Source of the DNA: an uncultured Candidatus Rokubacteria bacterium
GTDB lineage: Bacteria > Methylomirabilota > Methylomirabilia > Rokubacteriales > CSP1-6
Direction of reading: 5' to 3'
DNA: 64,000 nucleotides
NCBI GenBank assembly: GCA_963789955.1
Contig: CAWBMV010000021.1
Coordinates: forward strand, 1 to 64,000
A program made the position numbers and the translations under genes. The notes under the pieces are model-generated. The model did not search any database and was not told the origin of the DNA. It worked only from the letters and a program-made list of their open reading frames with translations. Positions 41,008 to 51,188 of this stretch are shown here, piece by piece; within the stretch, counting starts at the first letter, position 1; every line of letters starts with the position of its first letter.

Positions 41008-44000
41008 TCAGGCAAGCTGCGCCAGGAGCGCACGGACTTGACCGGGCTCGTCGAGAGTTCCGAGCTCCTCGAAGACCGTTAGCGCCCGCTCGAGGGCGCG
41101 GCGAGCGCCGGCCACGTCCCGCTCGGCCCGCCGGACCGCGGCCTGGGCGACGAAGATCTTGGCGACGTCGTTGCGCACTCCCGCCTCGTCGAGAATGCCC
41201 AGCGCCGCGTCGAGGTGACGGACGGCGCCGGCGCTATCCTCGGCGAGCAGCGCGGTACCGAGCAGCCGCTCGGCGAGACCCTCGAAGTATCGGTAGCCGG
41301 ATTCGCGGCTCTTGGCGAGCACCTCCTCGGCGAGACGGCGCGCGCTCGCGGCGTCACCTCGGCGCAGGTGGCTGTCGGCGAGCCAAATCGCATACCAGGC
41401 GCGCGTGAAGGTCAGGCGCGACCGCTCGAACCAGTCGACGGCGTCTGTGAGCATCGCGATGCCCTCGTCCATCCGGCCGAGCTTGACGAGCCCGTAACCC
41501 ATGGCCGCCCTGGTCATCGCCGCATCGTACGGGCTGGGCGAGAGGTCGAGCGCCTTCTGACAGCACGCGATTCCGGCAGCGGCGTCGCCGCGCTGGATGT
41601 GTGTCCATCCGCTACGCCACCAGGCGACCACCAGGAGCCGCCGATCGTTGACCTTCTCACCGTAGGCGAGCGCGCGGCGGCAGTAGTCGAGGCTGCGCGG
41701 CCAGTCCCCCATCGGGATGGCGGTGAGGCTGAGACCCCACAGCGTCCGGCATGCCCACCAGACGTTACCGTGCGCCTCGAACACTGCGAGCGCGCGCTCG
41801 CCGGCGTCGAGCGCTTCGCGCAGGCGACCGGCGTAAGCATACACCTGCCCGAGGCAGGAGTCGGCGGAGGCTCGGATCTCGTCGAGACCGGCCTGCTCGG
41901 CGATCTCCACTGCCCTCCGGCAGTACTCGATCGAGACGTCCGGGCGGGCACCGGTCAGGCTGTGAAGAAATCCGATCCAGTAGTACCAGGCGGCCTTGCG
42001 CGGGGCATCGGCAGTGGCGTCGACGATCTCTCGGATCGCGCTGAGAGCCTGGACGTGCTCGGCGTGCCGGCCGAGCGCGAACATGAGCTCGGCCTGCTTC
42101 ACGACAGCGTCGATACGGCGCAAGCGGTTAACCGGCGTGTCGGGCATGGAGGCCAGGCGCTTGATGGCTTCCTCGAAGAAGGCCAGGGCCTCGATGTTGG
42201 CCCACCGGCGCTGGGCCTTCTCGGCCGCGGCCAAGCCATAGTCGACGGCCTTGTCGTCGTCGCCGCTGCGCCCGAAGTGGTAGACGAGCAGCTCGACGAC
42301 CTCGTCCACGTTCCCGGCATACAGCTGCTCGAGACCGAGCGCCGCCGCGCGATGGTACTGGCGGCGGCGACGCTCGAGGAGGCCGGCATAGATCACATCC
42401 TGGGTGAGCGCGTGCTTGAAGCTGTACATCATCTCGGGATCGTCGGCGCTCGGAAACACGAAGTCGGAACCGTGCAGTGCGTGCAATCGCCGGTCGGTGT
42501 CGTTTGGCGGCGTCTCGACCACCTGGGAGAGCAGCGAGACGCCGAACCGGCGACCGATGACCGCAGCGCCCTGCAGCACGACCTTCAGCATGGACTCCAG
42601 CCGGTCCACCCGGGCCGCGATGATGTCCTGGATGGTCGCCGGTACGCGTACATCGGGGCTTCCCAGGCGGGCCGCGCCGTCCTCGACGAGGATGCCGCCC
42701 GTCTCGCGCAGCTGCAGGACCAGCTCCTCGACATACAGCGGGTTCCCTGCCCCCTTGTCGACGAGCAGCCCGAGCAGCGAGGGCGCAATAGTGCCGGCGC
42801 CGAGCAGGGTACCGATCATGGCCTGCATGTCGCCGAGGCCGAGGACTTCGAGATCGATTCGGTCCGCCATCGGAGGCTCCAGCCACGGTGCCGCAAAGCC
42901 TGGCCGGGCCGTCAGCGCCATCAGGATCCGGTGGTGCGCAACGGCGCGCGCCAGGTGCGCGAGGATCTCCAACGAGCTGGCGTCGGCCCAGTGCACGTTC
43001 TCGACCACCAGCACGAGCATGGCCGCGGCGCTGGCACGGACGAACACCTCGCACAGGAGATCGCGCGTCCGCTCCTTCAGCTCGGCGGCGGAGACGCGCG
43101 TGAGGAACTCGGCCGGCGCGGAGACGCCGAGGAAGTGCGCGAGCAGCGTGAGGCGCTCCTCATCCTCGAGATCGAGACGCGCGAGGCACTCCGCGCTGCG
43201 CGCGCGGATCTCGTCGGCGGCCATGCTCTCGGTCAGGTTCAGGTAGCGGCGAAGGAGCTCGAGAACCGGGCGATAGGGAATCGTGCGGCCGTACGAGACA
43301 CAGATCGTCTCCAGCTCGAGCACCATCGTGTCGTCGAGACCACGTAAGAACTCGTAGAGGAGGCGCGACTTCCCGGCGCCGGGTTCGCCGACCAGATACA
43401 CGACCGCGCCCTGCCCGTCGTCGGTGCGCTGGAAGACATCGACCAGGCGGCCCAGCTCCGCCGAGCGTCCCACGAGCGGCGTCAGACTCCGCTCTCGGGA
43501 GACCTCGAGGCGCGTGAGTTGCTGGATAGCACCGGTCAAGGCCCAGGCCCGAACCGGCTCGGCCTTCCCTTTGAGAGCGTGCTCGCCGAGGTCCTCGAAT
43601 GTGAAGGATCGGCCACGAACACGCCGCGTGCCATCGCTGACGACGATCTGACCGGGGCCGGCCAGCGCCATGAGGCGCGCAGCGAGGTTTGTCGTGTCTC
43701 CGACCGCGGTGTAATCCATCCGGAGGTCTGTGCCGATGGCGCCCACCACGACGAGACCCGTGTTGAGGCCCATGCGCATGCGAAACTCCGCGCCGTGTGC
43801 GCGGCGGACGTCGTCGGTCAGGGGGATCAGCGCCCTCTGGATATCGAGGGCGGCGCGGAGCGCCCGATGAACGTGGTCCTCGTGCGCGATTGGCGCGCCG
43901 AAGAGCGCCATGACCCCGTCGCCGAGGAACTGGTTGATCGTGCCCTCATAGCGATGCACGGCGCGGAGGATCACCTCGAACGCGCGGTCCATGATGTGGT

Positions 44001-44352
44001 GGACTTCTTCGGGGTCCAGCCGCTCCGACATGCTGGTGAATCCCGTCACGTCGGCGAACATCACCGTGACGATCTTGCGCTCGCCCTCCAGGGCGGCGCG
44101 CGAGGTCAGGATCTTTTCGGCGAGATGCTTGGGGGTGTAGTCCTGGGGCGATGCGAAGCGGTCGGGCCGTGATGACGACGGCTCGGCGACCCGGGGCGCG
44201 CCATCGAGCGGCGCGCCGCACTCGCCGCAGAACTTCTGCCCGGGCGGGTTGGGGGTCTGGCAGGCCGCGCACACAACCTCGAGACGCGCGCCGCACTCAC
44301 CACAGAACTTCTGGCCGGGCGGGTTCTCCTGACTGCAGCTCTGACACCTCAT
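41008..44352 (-). CDS. Double zinc ribbon + class III nucleotide cyclase + AAA ATPase + TPR protein
   Basis: CQSC/CGECG repeats, FADVTGFT, GDGVMALFGAP, GEPGAGKS, FKHALTQD, helical C-terminus. Confidence 0.92.
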   Translation of the reverse strand: MRCQSCSQENPPGQKFCGECGARLEVVCAACQTPNPPGQKFCGECGAPLDGAPRVAEPSSSRPDRFASPQDYTPKHLAEKILTSRAALEGERKIVTVMFADVTGFTSMSERLDPEEVHHIMDRAFEVILRAVHRYEGTINQFLGDGVMALFGAPIAHEDHVHRALRAALDIQRALIPLTDDVRRAHGAEFRMRMGLNTGLVVVGAIGTDLRMDYTAVGDTTNLAARLMALAGPGQIVVSDGTRRVRGRSFTFEDLGEHALKGKAEPVRAWALTGAIQQLTRLEVSRERSLTPLVGRSAELGRLVDVFQRTDDGQGAVVYLVGEPGAGKSRLLYEFLRGLDDTMVLELETICVSYGRTIPYRPVLELLRRYLNLTESMAADEIRARSAECLARLDLEDEERLTLLAHFLGVSAPAEFLTRVSAAELKERTRDLLCEVFVRASAAAMLVLVVENVHWADASSLEILAHLARAVAHHRILMALTARPGFAAPWLEPPMADRIDLEVLGLGDMQAMIGTLLGAGTIAPSLLGLLVDKGAGNPLYVEELVLQLRETGGILVEDGAARLGSPDVRVPATIQDIIAARVDRLESMLKVVLQGAAVIGRRFGVSLLSQVVETPPNDTDRRLHALHGSDFVFPSADDPEMMYSFKHALTQDVIYAGLLERRRRQYHRAAALGLEQLYAGNVDEVVELLVYHFGRSGDDDKAVDYGLAAAEKAQRRWANIEALAFFEEAIKRLASMPDTPVNRLRRIDAVVKQAELMFALGRHAEHVQALSAIREIVDATADAPRKAAWYYWIGFLHSLTGARPDVSIEYCRRAVEIAEQAGLDEIRASADSCLGQVYAYAGRLREALDAGERALAVFEAHGNVWWACRTLWGLSLTAIPMGDWPRSLDYCRRALAYGEKVNDRRLLVVAWWRSGWTHIQRGDAAAGIACCQKALDLSPSPYDAAMTRAAMGYGLVKLGRMDEGIAMLTDAVDWFERSRLTFTRAWYAIWLADSHLRRGDAASARRLAEEVLAKSRESGYRYFEGLAERLLGTALLAEDSAGAVRHLDAALGILDEAGVRNDVAKIFVAQAAVRRAERDVAGARRALERALTVFEELGTLDEPGQVRALLAQLA

Positions 44353-44419
44353 CAGCCGATGGCCAGAGTAAGCCTTCGGCGCGCCAGGAGGCAAGCGCGG
44401 AGGACGCTCCGGCGGCGCC

Positions 44420-45265
44420 CTAGCCCTTGACGGCGCCGGCCGTCAGGCCCGCGACGTAGTACTTCACGAAGAACGAATAGATGAGCGCGACGGGGATGGA
44501 GCCGAGCAGCGCGCCGGCCATCAGCTGGCCCCAGTAGAACGCATCACCGCGGATCAGCTCGCCCACGACGCCGATCGGCACGGTGCGCACGTCGGAGCGG
44601 CTCAAGAACAGCAGCGCGTACAGGAACTCGTTCTGCGCCAGGGTGAACGCGAAGATGCCGGCCGAGATGAAGCCGGGCATGCAGAGCGGAAGGATCACGC
44701 GCGTCATCGCGCGCCACCGGCTGGCGCCGTCGATCAGCGCCTGCTCCTCGAGCTCCTTCGGCACGGTCTTGAAGTACCCCATCAAGAGCCACGCGATGAA
44801 GGGCACGAGCAAGGTGGGATACGTCAGCATCACGGCGCTGAGCGTGTTGCCAAGCTTCATCCGTCCGATGAGATCGGCCATCGGGACGAACAGCAGCGAC
44901 TGCGGAATCAGATAGGTCACCGCCACCGTGATGGCCAGGAGCGGCGCGCCGCGGAACCGCATGCGGGCCAGCGGGTACGCCAGCATGGTTCCGAGCAGCA
45001 GCGAGATGCCGGTCGCGACCACCGCCACCAGCATCGTGTTGCCGACCCACGTCAGGAAGTTGGTCTCCTGCAGCAGGCTGATGTAGTGGACGAGGGACGG
45101 ATGTTGGATCGAAAGCGGATTGGCCTTGGGGTTGTAGAGCTCGGCGTTCGTCTTGAGCGAGGTCGCGGCCATCCAGGTGAACGGGAACAGCGCCACGACG
45201 AAGAACAGCGACAGCGGGACCCAAAGGCCCAGGAGCCGCTTGCGCCACGTCAGCTCGCCGACCAT
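44420..45265 (-). CDS. Carbohydrate ABC transporter permease (MalG-like)
   Basis: LEEQALIDGA, GLTAGAVKG. Confidence 0.92.
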   Translation of the reverse strand: MVGELTWRKRLLGLWVPLSLFFVVALFPFTWMAATSLKTNAELYNPKANPLSIQHPSLVHYISLLQETNFLTWVGNTMLVAVVATGISLLLGTMLAYPLARMRFRGAPLLAITVAVTYLIPQSLLFVPMADLIGRMKLGNTLSAVMLTYPTLLVPFIAWLLMGYFKTVPKELEEQALIDGASRWRAMTRVILPLCMPGFISAGIFAFTLAQNEFLYALLFLSRSDVRTVPIGVVGELIRGDAFYWGQLMAGALLGSIPVALIYSFFVKYYVAGLTAGAVKG

Positions 45266-45266
45266 C

Positions 45267-46214
45267 TCAGTCCTTCCGCACGTAGTAGGTGAGCAGCACC
45301 AGCAGCAGGCCCAGCACCGGCACCATGCTGAGCGCCACCGCGGAGCCGAGCCCCATCTGGCCCGCGCCCATGCTGAGGCTGTAGGCGTAGGTGGCCATCA
45401 GGTGCGTCGAGTTAGCCGGGCCGCCGCCGGTGAGCACGTAGACCAGCTGGAAGTCGAAGAACGTCAGGATGACCGAGAACGTCGTGACGATCAAGATCAC
45501 GGGCAAGAGCGACGGCAACGTGACGTGACGGAAGCGATCCCAGGTGCCCGCGCCATCGATCGTGGCCGACTCGTGCTGCTCGACGGGAATGGTCTGCAGG
45601 CCCGCCAGGATCGAGATGCCGAAAAATGGCAGGCCGCGCCACGTGTTGACGATGATGACCGAGATCATCGCCATGGTCGGCGAGCCGAGCCAGGACGGTC
45701 CGGTCTTCGCCAGCCCGCTCTCCACGAGCAGGCGGTTGAAGAGACCGAGGCCCGGGTCGTAGATCCACTGCCACGCGACGGTACTGAGCACGGTCGGCAC
45801 GATGAACGGCAGCAGCAACAGGGCGCGGGTGATCGCCTTGAACTTGAAGTTCTGATTCATCACCAGCGCCATCCCGAGCCCACCGAGGGCTTTCAGCACG
45901 GTCGCGGCGCCGGTGAACTTGACCGTGTTGCCGACCGACTGCCAGAAGATCGGATCGTTCGCGAGCGTGACGAAGTTGCCGAGCCCCACGAAGATCGCGG
46001 GGCCCGTCACCTCTCGTCGGTAGAAGCTCAGGTACACGCCGTAGAAGAACGGGTAGCCCAGGAACAGCAGCAGGAAGAGGATCGGCGGCGTGAGGATGAG
46101 CCAGCTGAACACGGACTCCCGCTCCACGAATTCGCGGAGCCGGCCGAACCGGAGCGGCCGGTAGTCGCGCGCTTCGAGCGCGGGAGCCCGCGACGCCTCG
46201 ACGGCTCTACCCAT
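45267..46214 (-). CDS. Carbohydrate ABC transporter permease (MalF-like)
   Basis: WRGLPFF, ESATIDGA, LTGGGPANST. Confidence 0.92.
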   Translation of the reverse strand: MGRAVEASRAPALEARDYRPLRFGRLREFVERESVFSWLILTPPILFLLLFLGYPFFYGVYLSFYRREVTGPAIFVGLGNFVTLANDPIFWQSVGNTVKFTGAATVLKALGGLGMALVMNQNFKFKAITRALLLLPFIVPTVLSTVAWQWIYDPGLGLFNRLLVESGLAKTGPSWLGSPTMAMISVIIVNTWRGLPFFGISILAGLQTIPVEQHESATIDGAGTWDRFRHVTLPSLLPVILIVTTFSVILTFFDFQLVYVLTGGGPANSTHLMATYAYSLSMGAGQMGLGSAVALSMVPVLGLLLVLLTYYVRKD

Positions 46215-47508
46215 AGATCTGCTTGAGCTGCGTGACGGCCTCCGCGATGGCGTTCTTGGTCGGCGTGCCGGTGCAGGCCTTGGTGAACATGTCGATGACG
46301 ATCCAGCGATTGATCACGGCACCGTGGGCGCGGTTGGCCGGCGCCGGCCACGAGGTGAGCTTGCCGGTCTCGAGCACCTTCTGGAACGGCTTCACCCGCG
46401 GCTCGATGTCCCAGTCGGGGAACTTGTCGAACGCGTGCAGGTACGGGGCGAAGTACATGTCGCCGGAGGATATCCACGGCCGGTACTGCTTGGGGTCCAT
46501 GATCCAGCGCAGGAAGTCCTTGGCGGCCTGCGGATCGGGACCGTAGGCGAACACGCCGTGGGTCACGGGCACCAGCGCGTGGAAGCGACCGGCGGGGCCT
46601 TTGGGATTCAGCCCGTGGTCGATCACCTTGCCCATGTCCGGCAGGTCGCGCTTGGCCGACACCATGATGCTGTAGGCGTTGTTGGTGCACGAGATCTGGC
46701 TCGTCAGGAAGGCCTTGTTGTTGTGCGGGTCGAGCCAGCCGATGCAGTCCTCGATGCAGGCTTCCTTGTAGAGCCGCTTCACGTACTCGACGACCTTCAC
46801 GGTCTCGCTGCTGTCGAGCGCGACCTTCTTGCCGGCCTTGTCCATGACGGTGACGCCGTGGGACCAGAGCAGCGGGTAGAGCCAGGAGTAATTGTCGGCG
46901 AAGCCGTGGCCCATCGACATGCCGAACGGATGGCCCTTGGCCTTGAGCTTGATGCCGGCTTCCAGGAACTCGTCCCAGGTATCGGGGAATTGCTTGATCC
47001 CGGCCTCGTCGAACCAGTCCTTGCGGTAGACCATCAGCTGCCCGATGTTCGCCTGAGGCACCGACTTCCACTTTCCGTTGTCCACGGACAAAAGCTTGAT
47101 CTCGTCGTACCAGCCGCCTTGCTCCTTGCCCACCGCCTCGGCGATGTCGGAGACGTCCACCAGCGCGTCGCGATAGAGCCACTCTTGCTGCACCCAGGCC
47201 AGGTCGGCGCCGGACTTGTTCTCGACCATCGAGACGATCTGCGGCACGGCACTGCCGCCGGCGGCCTGGATCTGATAGTCGATCTTGATACCGGTCGCCT
47301 TCTGATAGGCCGGGATCAGGACTTTCTGGAAGTGCTCGTCGAAGTTCTTCACGTAGGAGCTTTCGCGCGCGAACACGATGGTCGTCGGCTTGGCCTCGAC
47401 ATTTCGGGAGATCCAGGGAGCCCCGATGACACCTGCGGCGCCAGCGGCCCCGGCGGCGAGCTTCAGGAACTCACGACGGCCGGTCTTGGACTTTGCGGGT
47501 TTCGCCAT
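46207..47508 (-). CDS. Carbohydrate-type ABC substrate-binding protein with Tat signal
   Basis: GRREFLK, YRKDWF, FPDTWDE, NNKAFL. Confidence 0.9.
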   Translation of the reverse strand: MAKPAKSKTGRREFLKLAAGAAGAAGVIGAPWISRNVEAKPTTIVFARESSYVKNFDEHFQKVLIPAYQKATGIKIDYQIQAAGGSAVPQIVSMVENKSGADLAWVQQEWLYRDALVDVSDIAEAVGKEQGGWYDEIKLLSVDNGKWKSVPQANIGQLMVYRKDWFDEAGIKQFPDTWDEFLEAGIKLKAKGHPFGMSMGHGFADNYSWLYPLLWSHGVTVMDKAGKKVALDSSETVKVVEYVKRLYKEACIEDCIGWLDPHNNKAFLTSQISCTNNAYSIMVSAKRDLPDMGKVIDHGLNPKGPAGRFHALVPVTHGVFAYGPDPQAAKDFLRWIMDPKQYRPWISSGDMYFAPYLHAFDKFPDWDIEPRVKPFQKVLETGKLTSWPAPANRAHGAVINRWIVIDMFTKACTGTPTKNAIAEAVTQLKQIYG

Positions 47509-47714
47509 GCCTTTTCCCCTTATGTGTGAGGCCAGTTCGCATCACGCGGGCCCCGGAATGCTCTCTGGAGCCGCAACCGCCCGGCGCGGTCGGGCTACCG
47601 GCTGCTACAACGCTTGATCGTGCGCCCTGGACCGACGGATCGTCAAGTATCGCATGGTGAAACGGACGGGCGGGGGCCGACGTTCCCTGGGCCTGGACCC
47701 TCCCGGCGACCACG

Positions 47715-47720
47715 TATAAT
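47715..47720 (+). promoter_or_regulatory. Consensus -10 box 8 nt before a GTG start (probable leaderless transcript)
   Basis: TATAAT-cccgccgg-GTG(47729). No SD. Confidence 0.5.
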
Positions 47721-47728
47721 CCCGCCGG

Positions 47729-48547
47729 GTGAACTCGACGGGTGACGACCGCGCCGCATCACGTCCGCGCCAGGCGCTGCGCTCGCTGGCGGTGATCGGC
47801 GCGATGGCGGTGATCTGGGAAGCCGCCAAGGCCCTCTTCGCGCTGCCCAGCTACCAGCTTCCCCATCTGCACGAGATCGCGGCGGACTTTCTGCGCGAAG
47901 GCGCGGGCGGCGAGCGCTGGTTCTGGATCATGACCCAGAATGCGGCGTACACGGCGCTCGAGAGCCTCATCGGCTTCGCGCTGGGCGGGATCACCGGCCT
48001 CGTTCTCGCCGTCGCCTTCGCGCACTCGCGATGGCTCGAACGCGGCCTCCTGCCCTACGTGGTCGCCTCGCAGACGGTTCCGATTCTCGCGATCGCGCCG
48101 ATGATCGTCGTCTGGCTCGGGACGTCGTGGTTCTCGAAGGCGGTGATCGCGGCGTACCTGACCTTCTTCCCGGTGACCGTCAACATGTCGCGCGGGCTCC
48201 GGGCCGTCGATGCCGACGCCCTCGCCCTCATGCGCGCGCTGTCGGCGAGCTCCCGGCAGATCTTCTTCAAGCTCCGGTTCCCGGCCTCGCTGCCGTACTT
48301 GTTCACGGCGCTGCGCATCTCGGCCACCGCCAGCGTCATCGGCGCCATCGTGGGCGAGCTGCCGGTGGGCAGTCGCTACGGCATGGGCGTCGTGATCATC
48401 AACGCCGCCCAGTACTACAACTGGCGCCCGGCCAATCTCTGGGCCGCCATCCTCGTCTCCGCGGTGATCGGGATCCTCTTCTATCACGCCGTCGCCGCCG
48501 TCGAGCGGCGCGTCGTGAGCTGGTCGCGCACCGCGCCGGCGATCTAG
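47729..48547 (+). CDS. Nitrate/sulfonate-type ABC transporter permease
   Basis: SQTVPILAIAP, KLRFPASLPYLFTALR, GAIVGE. Confidence 0.9.
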   Translation: MNSTGDDRAASRPRQALRSLAVIGAMAVIWEAAKALFALPSYQLPHLHEIAADFLREGAGGERWFWIMTQNAAYTALESLIGFALGGITGLVLAVAFAHSRWLERGLLPYVVASQTVPILAIAPMIVVWLGTSWFSKAVIAAYLTFFPVTVNMSRGLRAVDADALALMRALSASSRQIFFKLRFPASLPYLFTALRISATASVIGAIVGELPVGSRYGMGVVIINAAQYYNWRPANLWAAILVSAVIGILFYHAVAAVERRVVSWSRTAPAI

Positions 48548-48554
48548 ACGATCG

Positions 48555-49374
48555 TTGGCCTCGCCGATCATCGCGCTCGACGGCGTCGCCAAGACGTTCG
48601 AGAGCCGCGCCGGCGCCACCGAGGCGCTCCGGGCGGTCTCGCTCGCCGTCGACGCCGGCGAGTTCGTCTCGATCATCGGCCCCTCGGGGTGCGGCAAGTC
48701 GTCGCTGCTGCGCATCGTCGGCGATCTCGTCGAGCCCTCGGCCGGGACGGTGCGCGTGAACGGCAAGAGCGCGCGGCAGGCCCGTCTCGACCGCGACTAC
48801 GGGATCGTGTTCCAGACGCCGGTGCTCTACGAGTGGCGCACCGTGCTGGAGAACGTGCGGCTGCCGCTCGAGCTGGCGGGCCGGCCGCGCTCCGAGCGCG
48901 AGCAGCGGCCGCGCGCGCTCCTGCGCCTGGTCGGCCTCGAGGAGTTCGCCGGTCACTACCCCTGGCAGCTCTCGGGCGGCATGCAGCAGCGCGTGTCGAT
49001 CGCCCGCGCGCTCGCCCTGAACCCGTCGATCCTGCTGATGGACGAGCCGTTCGGCGCGCTCGACGAGATGACCCGCGAGCGGCTCAACCAGGAGCTGCTG
49101 CAGGTCTGCACCGAGACGGCCGCGACCGTGCTCTTCGTCACGCACAGCATCGCGGAGGCGGTCTTCCTGTCGAGCCGGATCGTGGTGATGAGCCCGCGTC
49201 CGGGCCGCATCGATCGCGTCGTGACGGTCGACCTGCCGCGCCCGCGCGTCGACAAGACCCGCGCGCTCCCGCGGTTCTTCGAGCTGGTGACCGAGGTCCG
49301 CCAGAGCCTGCGCGAGGATCCGGGGCTCGCCGGCGAGCCGCCGCGCCCGGACGGGTCGGGCTGCGCGAGCTCGC
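48555..49374 (+). CDS. Nitrate/sulfonate-type ABC transporter ATP-binding protein (3' boundary unclear)
   Basis: GPSGCGKS, LSGGMQQR, MDEPFGALDE, THSIAEAVFL. Confidence 0.9.
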
Positions 49375-50133
49375 ATGGGCTCGTGCGCGAATACGTGCCG
49401 GCGGCGCTCGTGCTCGTGGCGGGCCTGCTCCTGTGGGAGGCGGTCGTCTACGTGTTCTCGATCGAGTTCTATCTGCTGCCGGCGCCCCACGTGATCGTGC
49501 AGAGCCTGCGCGAGACCTATCCCGTCCTCGTCGAGGCGGGACTCTACACGTTCACCGAGGCCGTGCCTCGGCTACGCGCTCGGTTGCGGCGGAGGGATCC
49601 TCGCGGCCATGGCGGCCAGCCGTCGCCGGGCTTCGCCGACCTCGTCCTGCCGTACGCGGTGGCGTCGGCGTCGGTGCCCGATCATCGCCCTGGCCCCGCT
49701 GGCCATCGTGTGGTTCGGCGTCGAGCAGGGCTCGAAGATCGCGATCGTCATGCTGATGACGTTCTTTCCGACGTTCGTCAGCACGCTCCGTGGGCTCTCA
49801 GCGTGACGCCTCAGTCGCTCGAGCTGATGCGCAGCTATGCGGCGACCGAGCGGCAGATCTTCCTGAAGCTTCGGCTCCCGCACAGCTTGCCGATGGTGTT
49901 CACCGCCCTGCGCGCCTGCGCGACGCTGGCGATGATCGGCGCGGTCGTGAGCGAGTTCTTCGGGGGGCCCGTGAAATCGCTCGGCGTCTACATCAAGAGC
50001 ACGGCCAGCCTCTTCCAGACGCGGCAGGCCTGGTCGGCGATCCTGGTTGCGTGCGCCCTGGGACTCGCTGTTCTACTTCGCGGTGGCGCTGGTCGAGCGC
50101 CTGACCATGCCGTGGCAGCTTCGAGCGACGTGA
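49375..50133 (+). CDS. Second ABC permease (several frameshifts)
   Basis: LLPAPHVI, PIIALAPL, ELMRSYAA, KLRLPHSLP and GAVVSEFFGG across frames. Confidence 0.8.
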
Positions 50134-50160
50134 ACGCTGAACCGAGGAGGGACGCACTCC

Positions 50161-51170
50161 ATGGCGAAGAGACTGGCTCCTGGTGTCGATCGTGGCCGCG
50201 CTGCTCGCGGTCGCCATGCTGCCCGAGCACGGTCTGACCCAGGCCGGCGACAAGGTCACGCTCCAGCTCAAGTGGGTGACCCAGGCTCAGTTCGCCGGCT
50301 ACTACGCCGCGAAGGCCAAGGGCCTCTACGCCGCCGAAAAGCTCGACGTGACCATCCGCCCCGGCGGGCCGGATATCGTGCCCGAGCAGGTCGTGGCCGG
50401 GGGCGGCGCGCAGTTCGGCATCGACTGGCTGCCGAGCCTGCTCTCCGCTCGCGACCAGGGCGCGCCACTCGTCAACATCGCCCAGGTCTTCGCCTACAGC
50501 GGCATGCGCGAGATCGCCTTCAAGTCCTCCGGCATCAAGGGCGCCGCCGACCTGAAGGGCCGGAACGTCGCCGTCTGGTTCGGCGGCAACGAGTTCGAGC
50601 TGCTCGCCACGCTCGACAAGTACAAGATCGACCGGAACAAGGACGTGACCCTGATCCAGCAGCCGTTCGACATGAACCTGCTGCTCCAGAAGAAGGTCGA
50701 CGCCGCGGCGGCCATGACCTACAACGAGTACAAGCAGGTGCTGGACGCCGGCGTGAAGGCCGACGACCTCGTGGTCATCGACTTCAACAAGGAAGGCACG
50801 GCGATGCTCGAGGACGGCGATCTTCGCCAAGGCCGACTGGATCGCGGATGCCAAGAACAAGGACATCGCCGCTCGCTTCCTGCGCGCGTCCCTCAAGGGC
50901 TGGGAGCTCTGCAGGGACAAGCCCGCCGAGTGCGTGGAGATCGTGCTGAAGGAGAGCCCCGTGCTCGGCCGCGACCATCAGACCTGGATGATGGCCGAGA
51001 TCAACAAGCTCATCTGGGGGCCGCCGGCGCCCAAGAGCCCGCTCGGCAAGATGGATCCGGCGGCGTTCAAGCAGACGGCCGAGATCGCGTTGAAGTTCGG
51101 CGTGATCAAGAAGCCCGCCGGTGACGGCGCCTACACCCACGAGATCTGGGAGCTGGCGCAGAAGAAATGA
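50161..51170 (+). CDS. NMT1/THI5-like ABC substrate-binding protein (frameshifted)
   Basis: LQLKWVTQAQFAGYYAA, PGGPD, AMTYNE. C-terminus RFLRASLKGW...HEIWELAQKK lies in another frame. Confidence 0.88.
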
Positions 51171-51188
51171 GCGCTCACGCGCCCGACT

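Noticed and set aside
48555..50237. Apparent ATPase-permease fusion ORF (560 aa)
   Set aside because: The region is rich in indels and the junction is low-complexity. It is more likely two genes merged by error and cannot be supported without reads.
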